From: Octopus vulgaris
Lineage: Eukaryota
DNA: 64,000 nucleotides
Direction of reading: 5' to 3'
Assembly: GCA_951406725.2 (NCBI GenBank)
Contig: OX597834.1
Location: forward strand, 18,972,001-19,036,000
In this document: piece by piece, positions 25,808-37,906 of the stretch
Numbering within the stretch: the first letter of the stretch is position 1
Layout: each line of letters opens with the position of its first letter
The notes under the pieces: model-generated
The model's database searches: none
Told to the model about the DNA's origin: nothing
The model's input: only the letters and a program-made list of their open reading frames with translations
Position numbers and translations under genes: made by a program

Positions 25808-26207
25808 AGAATTGTTAGCACACCGGGCAAAATGCTTAGCGGTATTTCATCTGCCGTTACGTTCTGAGTTCAAATTCCGCTGAGGTCAACTTTGCTTTCA
25901 CCCTTTCGGGGTCGATAAATTAAGTACCAGTTACGCACTGGGGTCGATGTAATCGACTTAATACCTATGTCGGTCGTTGTTTGCCCCCTCTATGTTTAGC
26001 CCCTTGTGGGTAATAAAGAAATAGGTATTTCATTGGTCTTTACGTTCTGAGTTCAAATTCCACTGAGGTCAACTTTGCCTTTCACCCTTTCGGGGTCGAT
26101 TAAATAAGTACCAGTTATGCACTGGGGTCGATGTAATCGACTGAAATCCCTTTGCCTGTCCTTGTTTGTCCTTCCTATGTTTAGCCCCTTGTGGGCAATA
26201 AAGAAAT
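25808..26207 (+). mobile_element. Head-to-tail dimer of SINE family B
   Basis: The second unit restarts at the internal GGTATTTC (25841-25848 vs 26024-26031). Confidence 0.9.
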
Positions 26208-26668
26208 ATATAAATTCCTACACTTTTAGATTTTCTGAAGCTTGCTCTTTGTCCTTGTGGCCAAGGCTGTACGACAGTTGATCAATCAATCAAGTGATAC
26301 ACATACACACACACACAAACACATATATACATATGCATACACACACACCACACACACAAACACACACACACATGCATACACACGCACACACAGAAGGAGA
26401 GAAAGAGAAGCCTGCAGGCTGGAGGTAAAGGGAAGTAAAAGAGGAGTACAGGTTGGTTGAATAAAAAACAGGTATGAAACTGGTCACAAAATGAAAAAGA
26501 AATGTCAAAGACCTTCTCACTCAGTGAAGCGCTTCAAAATAAGAAACACTGCGAGGGGTCGCTTCAAACAGTGCAGTCTGATAGGCTTTTGCCGGTTGTC
26601 TTGTGTTAATTACTGACGCACACACATTACACAGAGAAAGAGTGCATGAATTTGAGACTCACTGCTTA

Positions 26669-26850
<182 letters not shown>

Positions 26851-27179
26851 GTGTGCTTGCTTGTCTCACACTCAGCGGCAGTCTGCTGTTCCAATCATGC
26901 ATGCTTCAGTTTCTGCAAAAAAAGATAGTTGATGAGAATGGTGCTCATTAAAAATAAAACACGTTTTTGGTAGGATACACAAGATAAATGGTCTTGTAAA
27001 GATAAGAAATGGAAAGCACGACAGAAAGAGAGGAAGCAGATATCATGCTGAATTAAGATTTGTTTTCTGGTTTAATTATTTAGCTGAGAACTGTCTTAAA
27101 AGAGGGATCATAAAAGCCAGATTGTCATGAAAATCTATTAAAATTGGAATTTCGAAGATTTTTCTATTCTGGTTACATA

Positions 27180-27350
27180 GGCGCAGGAGTGGCTCTGTGG
27201 TAAGTAGCTTGTTTACCAACCACATGGTTCCGGGTTCAGTCCCACTGCGTGGCACCTTAGGCAAGTGTCTTCTACTATAGCCTCGGGCCGACCAAAGCCT
27301 TGTGAGTGGATTTGGTAGACGGAAACTGAAAGAAGCCTGTCGTATATATG

Positions 27351-27393
<43 letters not shown>

Positions 27394-27610
27394 GTGCGTG
27401 TGTGTGTTTGTGTGTCTGTGTTTGTCTCCCTAGCATTGCTTAACAACTGATGCTGGTGTGTTTATGTCCCCGTTACCTAGCGGTTCGGCAAAAGAGACCA
27501 ATAGAATAAGTACTGGGCTTACAAAAGAATAAGTCCCGGGGTCGAGTTGCTTGATTAAAGGCGGTGCTCCAGCATGGCCGCAGTCAAATGACTGAAACAA
27601 GTAAAAGAAA
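27180..27610 (+). mobile_element. SINE family A, full length
   Basis: Same as the 5008 copy. Confidence 0.95.
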
Positions 27611-27647
27611 GAGAGAGAGAGAGAGATGTAAATGCATTTTTAAAGTT

Positions 27648-28003
27648 CATGGAGCAGCTCCTTGAAGGATTTTAGTCGAATGAACTGAGCCCTGTACTTA
27701 ATTTTTTCAAGCCTGGTACTTATAGTATCAGTCTCTTTTGCTGAACCACTAAGTTATGGAGGCGTAAACACAGCAACATCAGTTGTCAAGTGCTGGTGGG
27801 AGACAAAGACACTCATAGGCATATATATGTATGTATATATATATAATGGGCTTCTTTCAGTTTCCGTCTACCAAATCTGCTCACTAGTTCTTGGTTGGCT
27901 TGAAGCTATAGTGGAAAGCAATGACCAAGGTGCCATGCAGTGAAACTGAATCCAGAATCTTGTGCTTTGGAAGCAAACTTCTAACCACACAACCACACCT
28001 GCA
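27648..28003 (-). mobile_element. SINE family A, older copy, tail-to-tail with the preceding one
   Basis: GGGCTTCTTTCAGTTTCCGTCTACCAAATC...CTAACCACACAACCACACCTGCA. Confidence 0.85.
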
Positions 28004-28032
28004 TCTGTGTGTGTGTATATATATATATATAT

Positions 28033-28284
28033 ATGGCACATAAAAAACACCAACCGACCGTGGCCGATGCCAGACCCCTCTGGCACCTGTGCAGGTGGCA
28101 TGTAAAAAGCACCCACTACACTCGCAGAGTGGTTGGCGTTAGGAAGGGCATCCAGCTGTAGAAACACTGCCAGACCAGACTGGAGCCTGGGGCAGCCCCT
28201 GGCTCCCAGACCCCGGTCGAAACCGTCCAACCTGTGCTAGCGCGGAAAACGGACGTTAAACGATGATGATGATGATGATGATGA

Positions 28285-28287
<3 letters not shown>
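28033..28287 (+). mobile_element. Family C in a TA tract
   Basis: GGTTGGCGTTAGGAAGGGCATCCAGCTGTAGAAAC and (GAT)n tail. Confidence 0.9.
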
Positions 28288-28335
<48 letters not shown>

Positions 28336-28961
28336 ATTGCTGAAAACTGAAACTTCATCAAATGCAGCTGTAAGTTTCACATCATTCTGACACCAAAGCA
28401 AAAAAAAAAAGAATAAATAAATAGATAAATAAAAGAAATACAAATAATCAAATGATCTTAAATTTTTGACAAAAATAAAAAAAAATGAATAAAATTGTTA
28501 ATTATTCATATTGACATAGAAAGCCACACAGCAATATTCTACAAGGCAGTTTGAGGTTTTCTTGGCATTTTGGAATAGTTCACTGAAAAATTCTGATTTG
28601 ACATGATAAAAAATTTTAAATGTTCACACTAACAAAAGAAGAAATGTTTGATTTATTTGGAAAGAAAATTATGATACGAGGCTGTCTAATGTTCAAGCAT
28701 TAGGCACTTTAAAATGTCTCAGGAAATATTTTGATTTATGGCACCAAAAAGATATTGGTTCTGAACTGGTGTTCGTGTCTGAATGTCTATGGAACAAAAT
28801 ATTAATGTTTTCAGCATGGCAAAGATCACAACCATTGTTACCTTAGTTATAAGGTTTGGTTCCTTTTTTTTAATACCTTTAAAATGATTTTACAGTTTAT
28901 TATATAGCTTCTTAAGATCAAAACTAGGTGCACTTTTGACAAAGCTGTTCTTTCATATATA

Positions 28962-29099
28962 TATTACATACATAAAAAAGGGATGACCTGTAAGTGGACA
29001 TCCATTATGCTAGAAGATCCGCTATGGTCTTACCACCGGATCTTCTTCTAGCATAATTGATGTCCACTTATAGATCATCCCTTTTATATGTATATAATA
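28962..29099. repeat. Fold-back hairpin with ~60-bp arms at the start of a TA-flanked segment (28955-29215)
   Basis: AAAAGGGATGACCTGTAAGTGGACATCCATTATGCTAGAAGATCCG pairs with CGGATCTTC(TTC)TAGCATAATTGATGTCCACTTATAGATCATCCCTTTT. Confidence 0.9.
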
Positions 29100-29223
29100 G
29101 AAATTTTTTCTGAAACTTCAGATTTTTAAATATGCTAGACCACTGGTTTTAAATTGATATTAATCAAATTGATATTCGATTTTTCACTCTTATTATTTCA
29201 AATATATATATATATATAGAGAG

Positions 29224-30371
29224 AGAGGTGGTATCAAAAAGTTTCTGAATCTACTTCTGTAGTCAACCAAGAGATGACAGCACATGGTTGCATGCACAGT
29301 GAGAGCTAACTGTGATCTTCATGAGGCAGTGTGCTGAGTGATATCACTGTGTTTACTTCACAAGTTGTGAAATTTGGGTTTTTGTGACCACGTATTTGCT
29401 GTAGGCTGTGATTTTGTCATGGATAGTAAGAAAGAAACAACATGAAATTTTGTCTTAAACCTGGGAAGTCTGGTTCAGAGACATTGAGCATGCTTCAGCA
29501 AGCTTATGGTGATGAGGCAATGGGTCAAATGCAATGTTTTTGAGCAGCACAAATGCTTCAAAATAAGAAGAACATACATCCCTGGAAGACAATGAGTGAT
29601 CTGAAAGACCTGCCACAAGTGGCATCCCTGAAAATGCTATATTGTGCATTGAAAATTCATCTCCCAGGGTGTCAATTAAGAGTTCTATGGCAACATTTTG
29701 AAGCACTTGAGGGGGCACCAGATCTGTGAAGCATGAAAAATTGGATTCTTCATGATGACAACTCACCATGTCTCCAAGCTCCCCTCACTCGTGAGTTTCT
29801 CACCAAAAACAGTATAGTATTTATTTCTATACTACCCACAAGGGGCTAAACACAGAGGGGACAAACAAGGACAGACAAAGGGATTAAGTCTATTACATCG
29901 ACCCCAGTGCGTAACTGGTACTTAATTTATCGACCCTGAAAGGATGAAAGGCAAATTTGACCTCGGCGGAATTTGAACTCGGAACGTAATGACAGACGAA
30001 ATACGGCTATGCATTTCGCCCCGTGTGCTAACGTTTCTGCCAGCTTGCTGCCTTTATAGTATTACTTCTGCACCCACCTTATTCACCAGGTTTAGAACCT
30101 GCAGGCTTCCATCTCTTTCCCAAGAGGAAAATGCAGCTCAAAGGTTACCGTTTTAGCACCATTGTCAAGGTCAAGAGTGAATTGCAGAAGGTCTTCAACT
30201 CACGGAAAATGACTTCCAGGCCAGAATCCCAAAGTGGCAGGAACGCTGGGACCAGTGTATTGCTATGCACGTGTATTGGTGTATTTCAAAGGAGATGATG
30301 TTAAAACTGAGGTAAAGAAATTATATTTTTACTAAACATAACTTGTGTGGGAATGTTTTGATACGACCTTG
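29224..30371 (+). mobile_element. Internally deleted, decayed mariner transposon
   Basis: TIRs GAGGTGGTATCAAAAAGTT and TGTTTTGATACGACCTTG followed by TA. Translated remnants KFCLKPGKSGSETLSMLQQAYGDEAMG, NWILHDDNSP, LHPPYSPGLEPAGFHLFP and KWQERWDQCI...FKGD match mariner transposase. Confidence 0.92.
29822..30054 (-). mobile_element. SINE family B inserted into the mariner ORF
   Basis: Full element with 9-bp TSD TATAGTATT (29813-29821 and 30055-30063). Confidence 0.95.
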
Positions 30372-30381
30372 TATATATATA

Positions 30382-30420
<39 letters not shown>

Positions 30421-30422
<2 letters not shown>

Positions 30423-30603
30423 GCACATTAAAAGCACCCTCTACACTCTCGGAGTGGTTGGCATTAGGAAGGGCATCCAGCTGTAGAAACTCTGCCAGAT
30501 CAAGATTGGGGCCTTATGCAGCCATCTGGTTTGCCAGCCCTCAGTCAAAATCATCCAACCCATGCTAGCATGGAAAGCGGACGTTAAACGATGATGATGA
30601 TGA

Positions 30604-30606
<3 letters not shown>
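30421..30606 (+). mobile_element. Family C 3' part
   Basis: GGTTGGCATTAGGAAGGGCATCCAG...GGACGTTAAACGATGATG. Confidence 0.9.
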
Positions 30607-30634
<28 letters not shown>

Positions 30635-30636
<2 letters not shown>

Positions 30637-31034
30637 CGCAGGAGTGGCTGTGTGGTAAGTAGCTTGCTAACCAGCCACATGGTTCCGGGTTCAGTCCCAC
30701 TGCGTGGCATCTTGGGCAAGTGTCTTTTGCTATAGCCCTGGGCCGACCAATGCCTTGTGAGTGGATTTGGTAGACGGAAACTGAAAGAAGCCTGTCGTAT
30801 ATATGTATATATATATAAGTGTGTGTGTATATGTTTGTGTGTCTGTGTTTGTCCCCCTAGCATTGCTTGACAACCGATGCTGGTGTGTTTACATCCCCGT
30901 AAATTAGCGGTTCGGCGAAAGAGACCGATAGAATAAGTACTGGGCTTACAAACAATAAGTCCTGGGGTTGATTTGCTCGACTAAAGGCGGTGCCCCAGCA
31001 TGGCCACAGTCAAATGACTGAAACAAGTAAAGAG
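30635..31034 (+). mobile_element. SINE family A, full length
   Basis: Same as the 5008 copy. Confidence 0.95.
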
Positions 31035-32981
31035 TATATATACATGGGTGACTAATGGTTTTCCATAAACAACCTTACCAGGACTTGTACCTCGGAGGGT
31101 AACTTTCTAGGTGCAATCCCATGGTCATTCATGACTGAAGGAGGTCTTTACCCTTTTGGATACAAGATATCAATACATTCATGGTAGATTTAGAATTTAT
31201 GAAATATGGGAAATGGTTCTGTTTCAAAATGCTTTGACACTCTAAGTACCAGTTCAAGTTAGAAAGAGCAGCACCTCTGATGATTTAAATCAAGCTATAT
31301 ATCTATTGCTTGGTAGGAGAATAAGGAACTGGTTACATACTTTTGTTTCGTCCATTAGACCATCAAACTATATTTTATTTCTTCTATTTTAACTATAGCA
31401 TTTAATCTCAACAATTCATCATCAACTTAACATTAACAGCATAGCTTAGTAATGTCCAACATAGACCAAAATGATTGACAAATTGCATGAAAAGCTTCTA
31501 CCTAAAACTGCAATGCTGTAAAACTACCATTAGAATATCTTCGTGTATCACATAACCCTGCACGCTTTCTCTATGCAAAAATTGCATGTTCTCTATCATT
31601 GTCACAGAATCGCCCTATCCACCATTCTTGAACTAAAATGGTTCACTTATCAACTTTCTCTTTGAAAAAGTTTCCATTTTTACCCTCTGCTTTGTTTCTG
31701 ACTCCATGCTACTCATACCCAACAAAACTCCTCCCATACTTTCTTTTTCTGTGTTTCCAGTCTAACCATCCAGTTTCCACACACACCCTTTTCCCAAGAA
31801 ATCTAATTGCTCTGATCCAACAAGGCAATTGTCTCAACTGTATCCTTTTCATCTCCTCCAAATAGTGAATGATAAAGCAAACCTCTATTCTCACCTCACT
31901 CCCATACTCCTCTCTCTCTCTCTCTTTAGGGATCTATATTAATTTTTCAGTATACACACTTCAGTTCATCTTGTCACTGAAAACAGCAACAATCTGACCC
32001 AGCTAACTAAGTACAGAATGTCATGTAATACATTCAAAGTGGGACAGAGATTAATTAATCAGGAACCAAGAGTTTAGTATCTTAACCACTCAGTTATTAG
32101 CGAAATGTCTGTCAATGTTTTGTTTGTTAGTATTGATGTTTGGAATAAGTGCTGTCTCCACAGGCAAATCACTGGAAGTAGTAAGAGACAAAACAATACA
32201 ATTCCGAAATCAATCTTGCAGTTTAATTTCCAATAACCATTCCACAAAAATAATTACAAGTAAATAAAAGGAGGATTATCTTCCCAACCCTGAAATTCTA
32301 ATTAACAAAATTACTTCAGTGACTCAAGTTGCTAATGATTATCTAAATGTTTCCATTGTTGCTGTTTGACAATTGTTCATCTTAAATTTTAATTAGTGTG
32401 TAGATCATCTTGTATTCAAAGGTCCAGATGAAGCTCTGTGAGTGTGTGTGTGTGCATGTATGTGAGTGTGTGTGTGTGTGTGTGTTACAGGGATGTTAAG
32501 TTTCTGGTCATATGAAATAATATAGCTGTATTGATTGTAATGGTTTGCCTCTGTGTGAATGTCTCCATGCACCTGTGCACTCTCTCTCTCCCTCTCTCTC
32601 TCGCACACACACACACACACACCAAAATATCTCCAGAGTACTAACTGTATTTACCAAAGATCAAACTTAAAAGATATTTCCAATTAATTTTTAATCAATA
32701 TAAATTTTGGAGCTCTCTCCCTGACCTTCATTAAAAAGAACTAGCATTAATGCTAATTACTTCTTGTTAACAGGTGTAGTATTAATTAATGAAAAATTCT
32801 TCTTGGTTCACTACATTATATAAAAATAATAAAGTTATAATCCTTTATCCATGACATATAAGGTATTTAAAAGAACAATTGAATGCTATACATATTTATA
32901 TTCTTCCTCTGAAAGACTAAAAACAAAAGAAGAAAAAAATAACATTATCAACTATCTCTCTGCATAGACCTATCACATTAA

Positions 32982-33201
32982 CCCTGTAGCACTTAAACCT
33001 GCCTTATCCAACCCCAACATTCTATTTGTTTTATTTTCAAACAAGCCAGATCCAGCCTCTCACACCTACCTTGCAATGTCATTTTAAAAATAACCAATCA
33101 CATCATAGAAATCTCAAAGCTGCAAAATAATCCAAGATTAATTCAAATCAGTGTGAATTAATAAGCAGTGGATTTGGCAGAATAATCTGAATGCTAAAGG
33201 G
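32982..33201 (+). mobile_element. TTAA-flanked piggyBac-type MITE (family H)
   Basis: TTAA-CCCTGTAGCA...TGCTAAAGGG-TTAA. Homologues at 42074-42293 and ~51630-51830. Confidence 0.85.
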
Positions 33202-33349
33202 TTAACCTAGTGCTAAGGAAAAAGAAACAATTGCAGTCAAAACATGAATGTAATGAGGGAAGACTCTCCTTTAGAGTGTTTTTTTTTGAGGCAATAACAG
33301 GAGGGTACTAAAAAAAAGGAAAAAAAATCTTCATGAAAATTAGCATGCA

Positions 33350-33475
33350 TGGCATGGCTGTGGTAAGAAGCTTACTTCCCAACCACTTGGTTCCGGGTTC
33401 AGTCCCATGGTGTGGCACCTTGGGTAAGTGTCTGCTACTAGAATTTGGTAGATGGAAACTGAAAGAAGCCTGCCA
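33350..33475 (+). mobile_element. SINE family A 5' half
   Basis: TGGCTGTGGTAAGAAGCTT...GGAAACTGAAAGAAGCCTG. Confidence 0.85.
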
Positions 33476-35429
33476 TATATATATATATATAAGCAGTGGT
33501 GGGGACACATACACACACAGATACAGAAAGCTAGATTTTGCAATATGTGTATGTGCATGCATGTGTAAATTTATGTGTGTGCATATGTGTGTTTGTGCGC
33601 ATGTGAATGGATGTGTGTGCATGTATGTGTGTGCACGTGTGTGTACATGTGTGCATGCATGTGTGTGTTTTGTGTGTGCATGTATGTGTGTGTACATGCT
33701 TATGTAAATTTCTATAATGTGAGTACTTTCATGCATTTGTTCATATTTTCCGCACGTTTGAACACACTGTCCCCTTCTCATATATGTATGAATAGATATA
33801 CAAATGTTCTTCCAAGCATGGATAAGCACATTGGGATGCATGTTCATATAAACATCTGTACAAGACGTACATTAAAAACTTGTTCATATGTATTTTGTGG
33901 TGTTTAATATGGTTGAAATATGTGGGTTTGTAGAACTTTTAATGGGAAAAATTGGAATAGGTCAGAGTGTGGGAGAGATGTAGAAATTTAAAAGAAAAAG
34001 TTTCTTACAATGGAAGAATATGGACTTTTGAAAACTATATTCCCAGCTTCAAAAAGAAACACTCCATTCAACTTATCAAACCCAGAAAAAAATCTGACAG
34101 CGGTAATATTAATAAAAACACACAAGCTAGAATAATTTCAGAACCTTCAACTAGTATCACCATTACAAATTATTCAACCGAGCATATAAACAGTTGATTG
34201 AAATAAAATTTACAGAAAAAAAAAAAAATTAAAGAAACATCAATTATAAGCAAAAAGGAAATAATTTATCCAATAGCTTTTTGAATCAACTGTTAATTGA
34301 ATTATGGTAACTATTAAAATAATTTCTTTCTTAAAAGTGTTAGATTGTTGTGTTTTACATAAATCTTTCTTCTTTTTTGAAATGCAACAAACGATTGATT
34401 GAAGTACTAAAAAATTGTGCAAAGCATCTTAAAAGGCTCACTGAATCATTTCAAGAATACACCGAGGTAGTTGATTATTTCATTTATGTGCAGTTTTCCA
34501 TAATGTTAGATTATAATGCCTTTGTGAAATTTGGTTGAACTGTTAATGTCTTTTGTACAGTAGTATACAGTACCACATTCAAATATTGATTCAGTTACCT
34601 GCAATTTTGAACCTGCTCTGATAAAGGACATAAAAAGCATTAACATACACTACGCTGGTTTTCTTACCGTAAACATAAATTTCACACACATATAGACACA
34701 ATATAACACTTCAACCTTCGCTCCTCACCAAAGATATTCTTAATAAAACATTGCAATAAAATCAACTTTTTTCTTTCAACTTATTTTCCATGCTTTGAAA
34801 ATTTGCTATAATTTGATTAATTGTTGATTCAAACCACCGTTACTTCAAATAGTTGTTTTCTACAACAAATCTGTTTAGTCATTTGTATTGAAATCAATTG
34901 TTTTTGATAACTTGGTGCCAAATCACAGAATAACACACACATATTGATAGAATGTTTTAAATCCATACCTGATAAAATCCAATTTAAGTTTATACAAATT
35001 AATATTCTAGAATGTTAATCTTCAATTTAGACTTTGTAAGACTTTTTTTCTAGCATTTAATGAGAAGGAAACTTAAAACATGATTGCATAGAAAAATGAT
35101 TATTCACCATGAAAACACCTTATGAATTGAAAACATGTCTGGGGTGGCATTACCTTACTTGGAAACAGGTGAAGGTTATTGACAGGAAGGGCATCCAGCT
35201 ATAAAACAATCTAATCCTACAAATTCTGTCTGATCAATGCAAGCATGGAAAAAGTGGATGTTAAATGATGATGATAGCTCTCAGGATATTATTGCATTTT
35301 ATACTATAGTGTTGATTTCTGTTTTAGAGCTCACAAAGGAATGTTGAGAGTGGTATGGCTTTGTTTCTATTTTCAAATTTGTTTTGGAAAAGATTAAAAA
35401 GATTTTATGTCACACACACAAACACACAC

Positions 35430-35494
<65 letters not shown>

Positions 35495-35496
<2 letters not shown>

Positions 35497-35690
35497 TCAA
35501 ATAAACGAATAAAAAACAAAAATGAAAGAAAAAAACTAACACGAGGATGTGCACAAGAAATATACTAACATGATGCTTGGTGAAAGGAGAGAGTTTGACA
35601 TTTTGAGCATAGCTCTTCGTCAGAAAGTAGAAATGGGAAAGACCAATGATGGAAAAGAAATTGCCAACGGTACATGTGTAGTAACATTGC
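35495..35690 (-). mobile_element. Family D relative with a canonical hammerhead core (motif at 35594-35626)
   Basis: Minus strand TTT-CTGACGA-A-GAGC-TAT-GCTC-AAAA-TG-TC-AAA. The two departures from GCTCGAAACGTC are CpG-type transitions. Abuts a (CA)n tract. Confidence 0.65.
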
Positions 35691-36172
35691 TATGACATAT
35701 AGTTTTAGAGTGTGTAGTCCTTTACAAGACAGTTTAAGTGAATTGATTTATATACTGTCTTCTTCACCAAACCATCTTTCAATCTCAGTTTAAAGTCAAA
35801 TACAATCATCTAAATTCCAATTTAAATTGTTGCAGTTACTATTATTTGTTGAATTAATAAATGATGTACTGAATTTAAACTAATTACACAAGGCAAATAT
35901 ACAAACGAGTTTTAGTGTAGTAGAATAGACTAACATCAGCAAAACTTGAATGTTAGTTAAAGCAAACCAGCTAAAACCATGACAAATCTATTCTATGATC
36001 AAAGACCTCTTTGCCACGATCGTCTTAACCCATTTATATAGTTTTATTGTTTAGTGTATTTGCTTTATAGATTAATCTCTCCTCTTACTGTAATGCATTG
36101 GCCACGATTGCTTATTTTGTTTACTCTTTTGTAGCCTTGACAGGTGTGTGTATAGGAATAATTGATAACGTT

Positions 36173-36231
36173 CTGAATGACTGATGACCTACTGGAGGAT
36201 AGAAACAACAATATACATTAGTAACATTCAG
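36173..36231 (+). ncRNA. Degenerate type I hammerhead-like motif
   Basis: CTGAATG-A-CTGATGA-CCTACTGGAGGATA-GAAAC...GTA-A-CATTCAG. A 7-bp stem I flanks the core; stems II and III are imperfect. Confidence 0.45.
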
Positions 36232-36320
36232 CTATTTTTTAAACACCTCATCAATTAATTTGCTAGCCTGCTCGGAGTTCTTTTGGTTATTTGTGGTTTA
36301 TGTTATTCAATATGCACGAT

Positions 36321-36323
<3 letters not shown>

Positions 36324-36379
<56 letters not shown>

Positions 36380-36509
36380 ATCTGTCTGTCTATCTATCTC
36401 CCTACCTATCTAACTACCTACCTACCTACCTATCTACCTGTCTGTCTGTCTGTCTACTTATCTATCTATATATCTATATCCATCCATCCATCCATCCATC
36501 CATCCATCC

Positions 36510-36571
<62 letters not shown>

Positions 36572-36688
36572 ACCTACTATCTATCCTACCTACCTACCTA
36601 CCTACCTACCTACCTACCTACCTACCCACCCACCTACCTACCTACCCACCCACCCACCCATCCATCCATCCATCCATCCATCCATCCA

Positions 36689-36742
<54 letters not shown>

Positions 36743-36770
36743 ATATAATTAGAGAGAGAGAGAGAGAGAC
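36324..36770. repeat. Compound microsatellite (CA)/(CTAT)/(CTAC)/(CCAT)/(CT)/(TA)/(GA)
   Basis: Direct inspection. Confidence 0.97.
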
Positions 36771-36981
36771 ATGCACATACTTAGTCGTATGTATATACAC
36801 ATACATGAATACATACACACAAATATATGTACATACATACATACACCCATATAAGGGATAAGTTATTTTAAATCAAGCATTTTTGCTATCTATTTGATCT
36901 GTGCATTACAAACACATATAACATTAACTCCTTTACCAATATCAAGTTCTAAACCTGTATGCAATATTTGCATTCAATAAT

Positions 36982-37330
36982 TCATAGATTTGTATATAAT
37001 AATAAATAGACTGTATACAATAATAAATAGATCTCTATGCAATAATTCGGAGATCTGCTTTCAATGGTATATAAATCTGTATACAGTAATTCATAGATCT
37101 GTATACAATAATACATATATCTGCTTACAATAAAATAGATCTGCTTACAGTAATACATAGATCTGTAAATATCGATATATAAAACTATATATATATATAC
37201 ATACATACACACACATACACATACAATATGTAAGCCTGTATACAATAATACACAGATTTGTATACAATAATGCATAGATCTGTCTACAATAAAGAAACGA
37301 GGTTTACCATAAATCTTTATACAATAACAA
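36982..37330. repeat. Degenerate ~22-bp minisatellite, consensus CATAGATCTGTATACAATAATA
   Basis: About a dozen imperfect units, interrupted by a TA/CA tract at ~37185-37225. Confidence 0.85.
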
Positions 37331-37686
37331 AGAATTGAAACAACAGGTATATCTAATCATTTAGTTCTTCGGTGCATTCAACCCATTTTGGTTCTGGCCA
37401 TGCTTGAACACTGTTACGTGTACTGCATTTTTCTTTTTTTTTTTTTTTTTTGCTTTTCTGGTTCAGTTTTTATTTTCATTGTATTACTTTCTATGTTTAT
37501 TAATATATTTGCTGATGTATTGGTTTATTGCTAGTGGTTGCTCCCATCCAGTTGTAGTTATTAGGGATGGGTAGTCAGTGACATGACAGAAGTATATTGC
37601 CTCCGAACACTGGCTCTCAAGCAGGGTCCATATAACCCTTGAAGGGGTCCACGTAAGATTTCGCTGTTAAAGTTTATGTGAAATTG

Positions 37687-37842
37687 ATGCAGGCATGGCT
37701 GTGTGATAAGAAGCTTGCTTCCCAACCACATGATTCTGGGTTCAGTCCCACTGCATGGCACCTTGGGAAAATGTCTTCAACTATAGCCTCAGGTCAGCTA
37801 AAGCCTTGTGAGTGGATTCGATAGACAGTAACTGAAAGAAGC

Positions 37843-37906
<64 letters not shown>

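Noticed and set aside
31430-31870. Possible LINE 3' end relic; similarly a possible hAT relic at ~4050-4800 and a Penelope linker at ~63180-63300
   Set aside because: Too degraded to recover diagnostic motifs by eye
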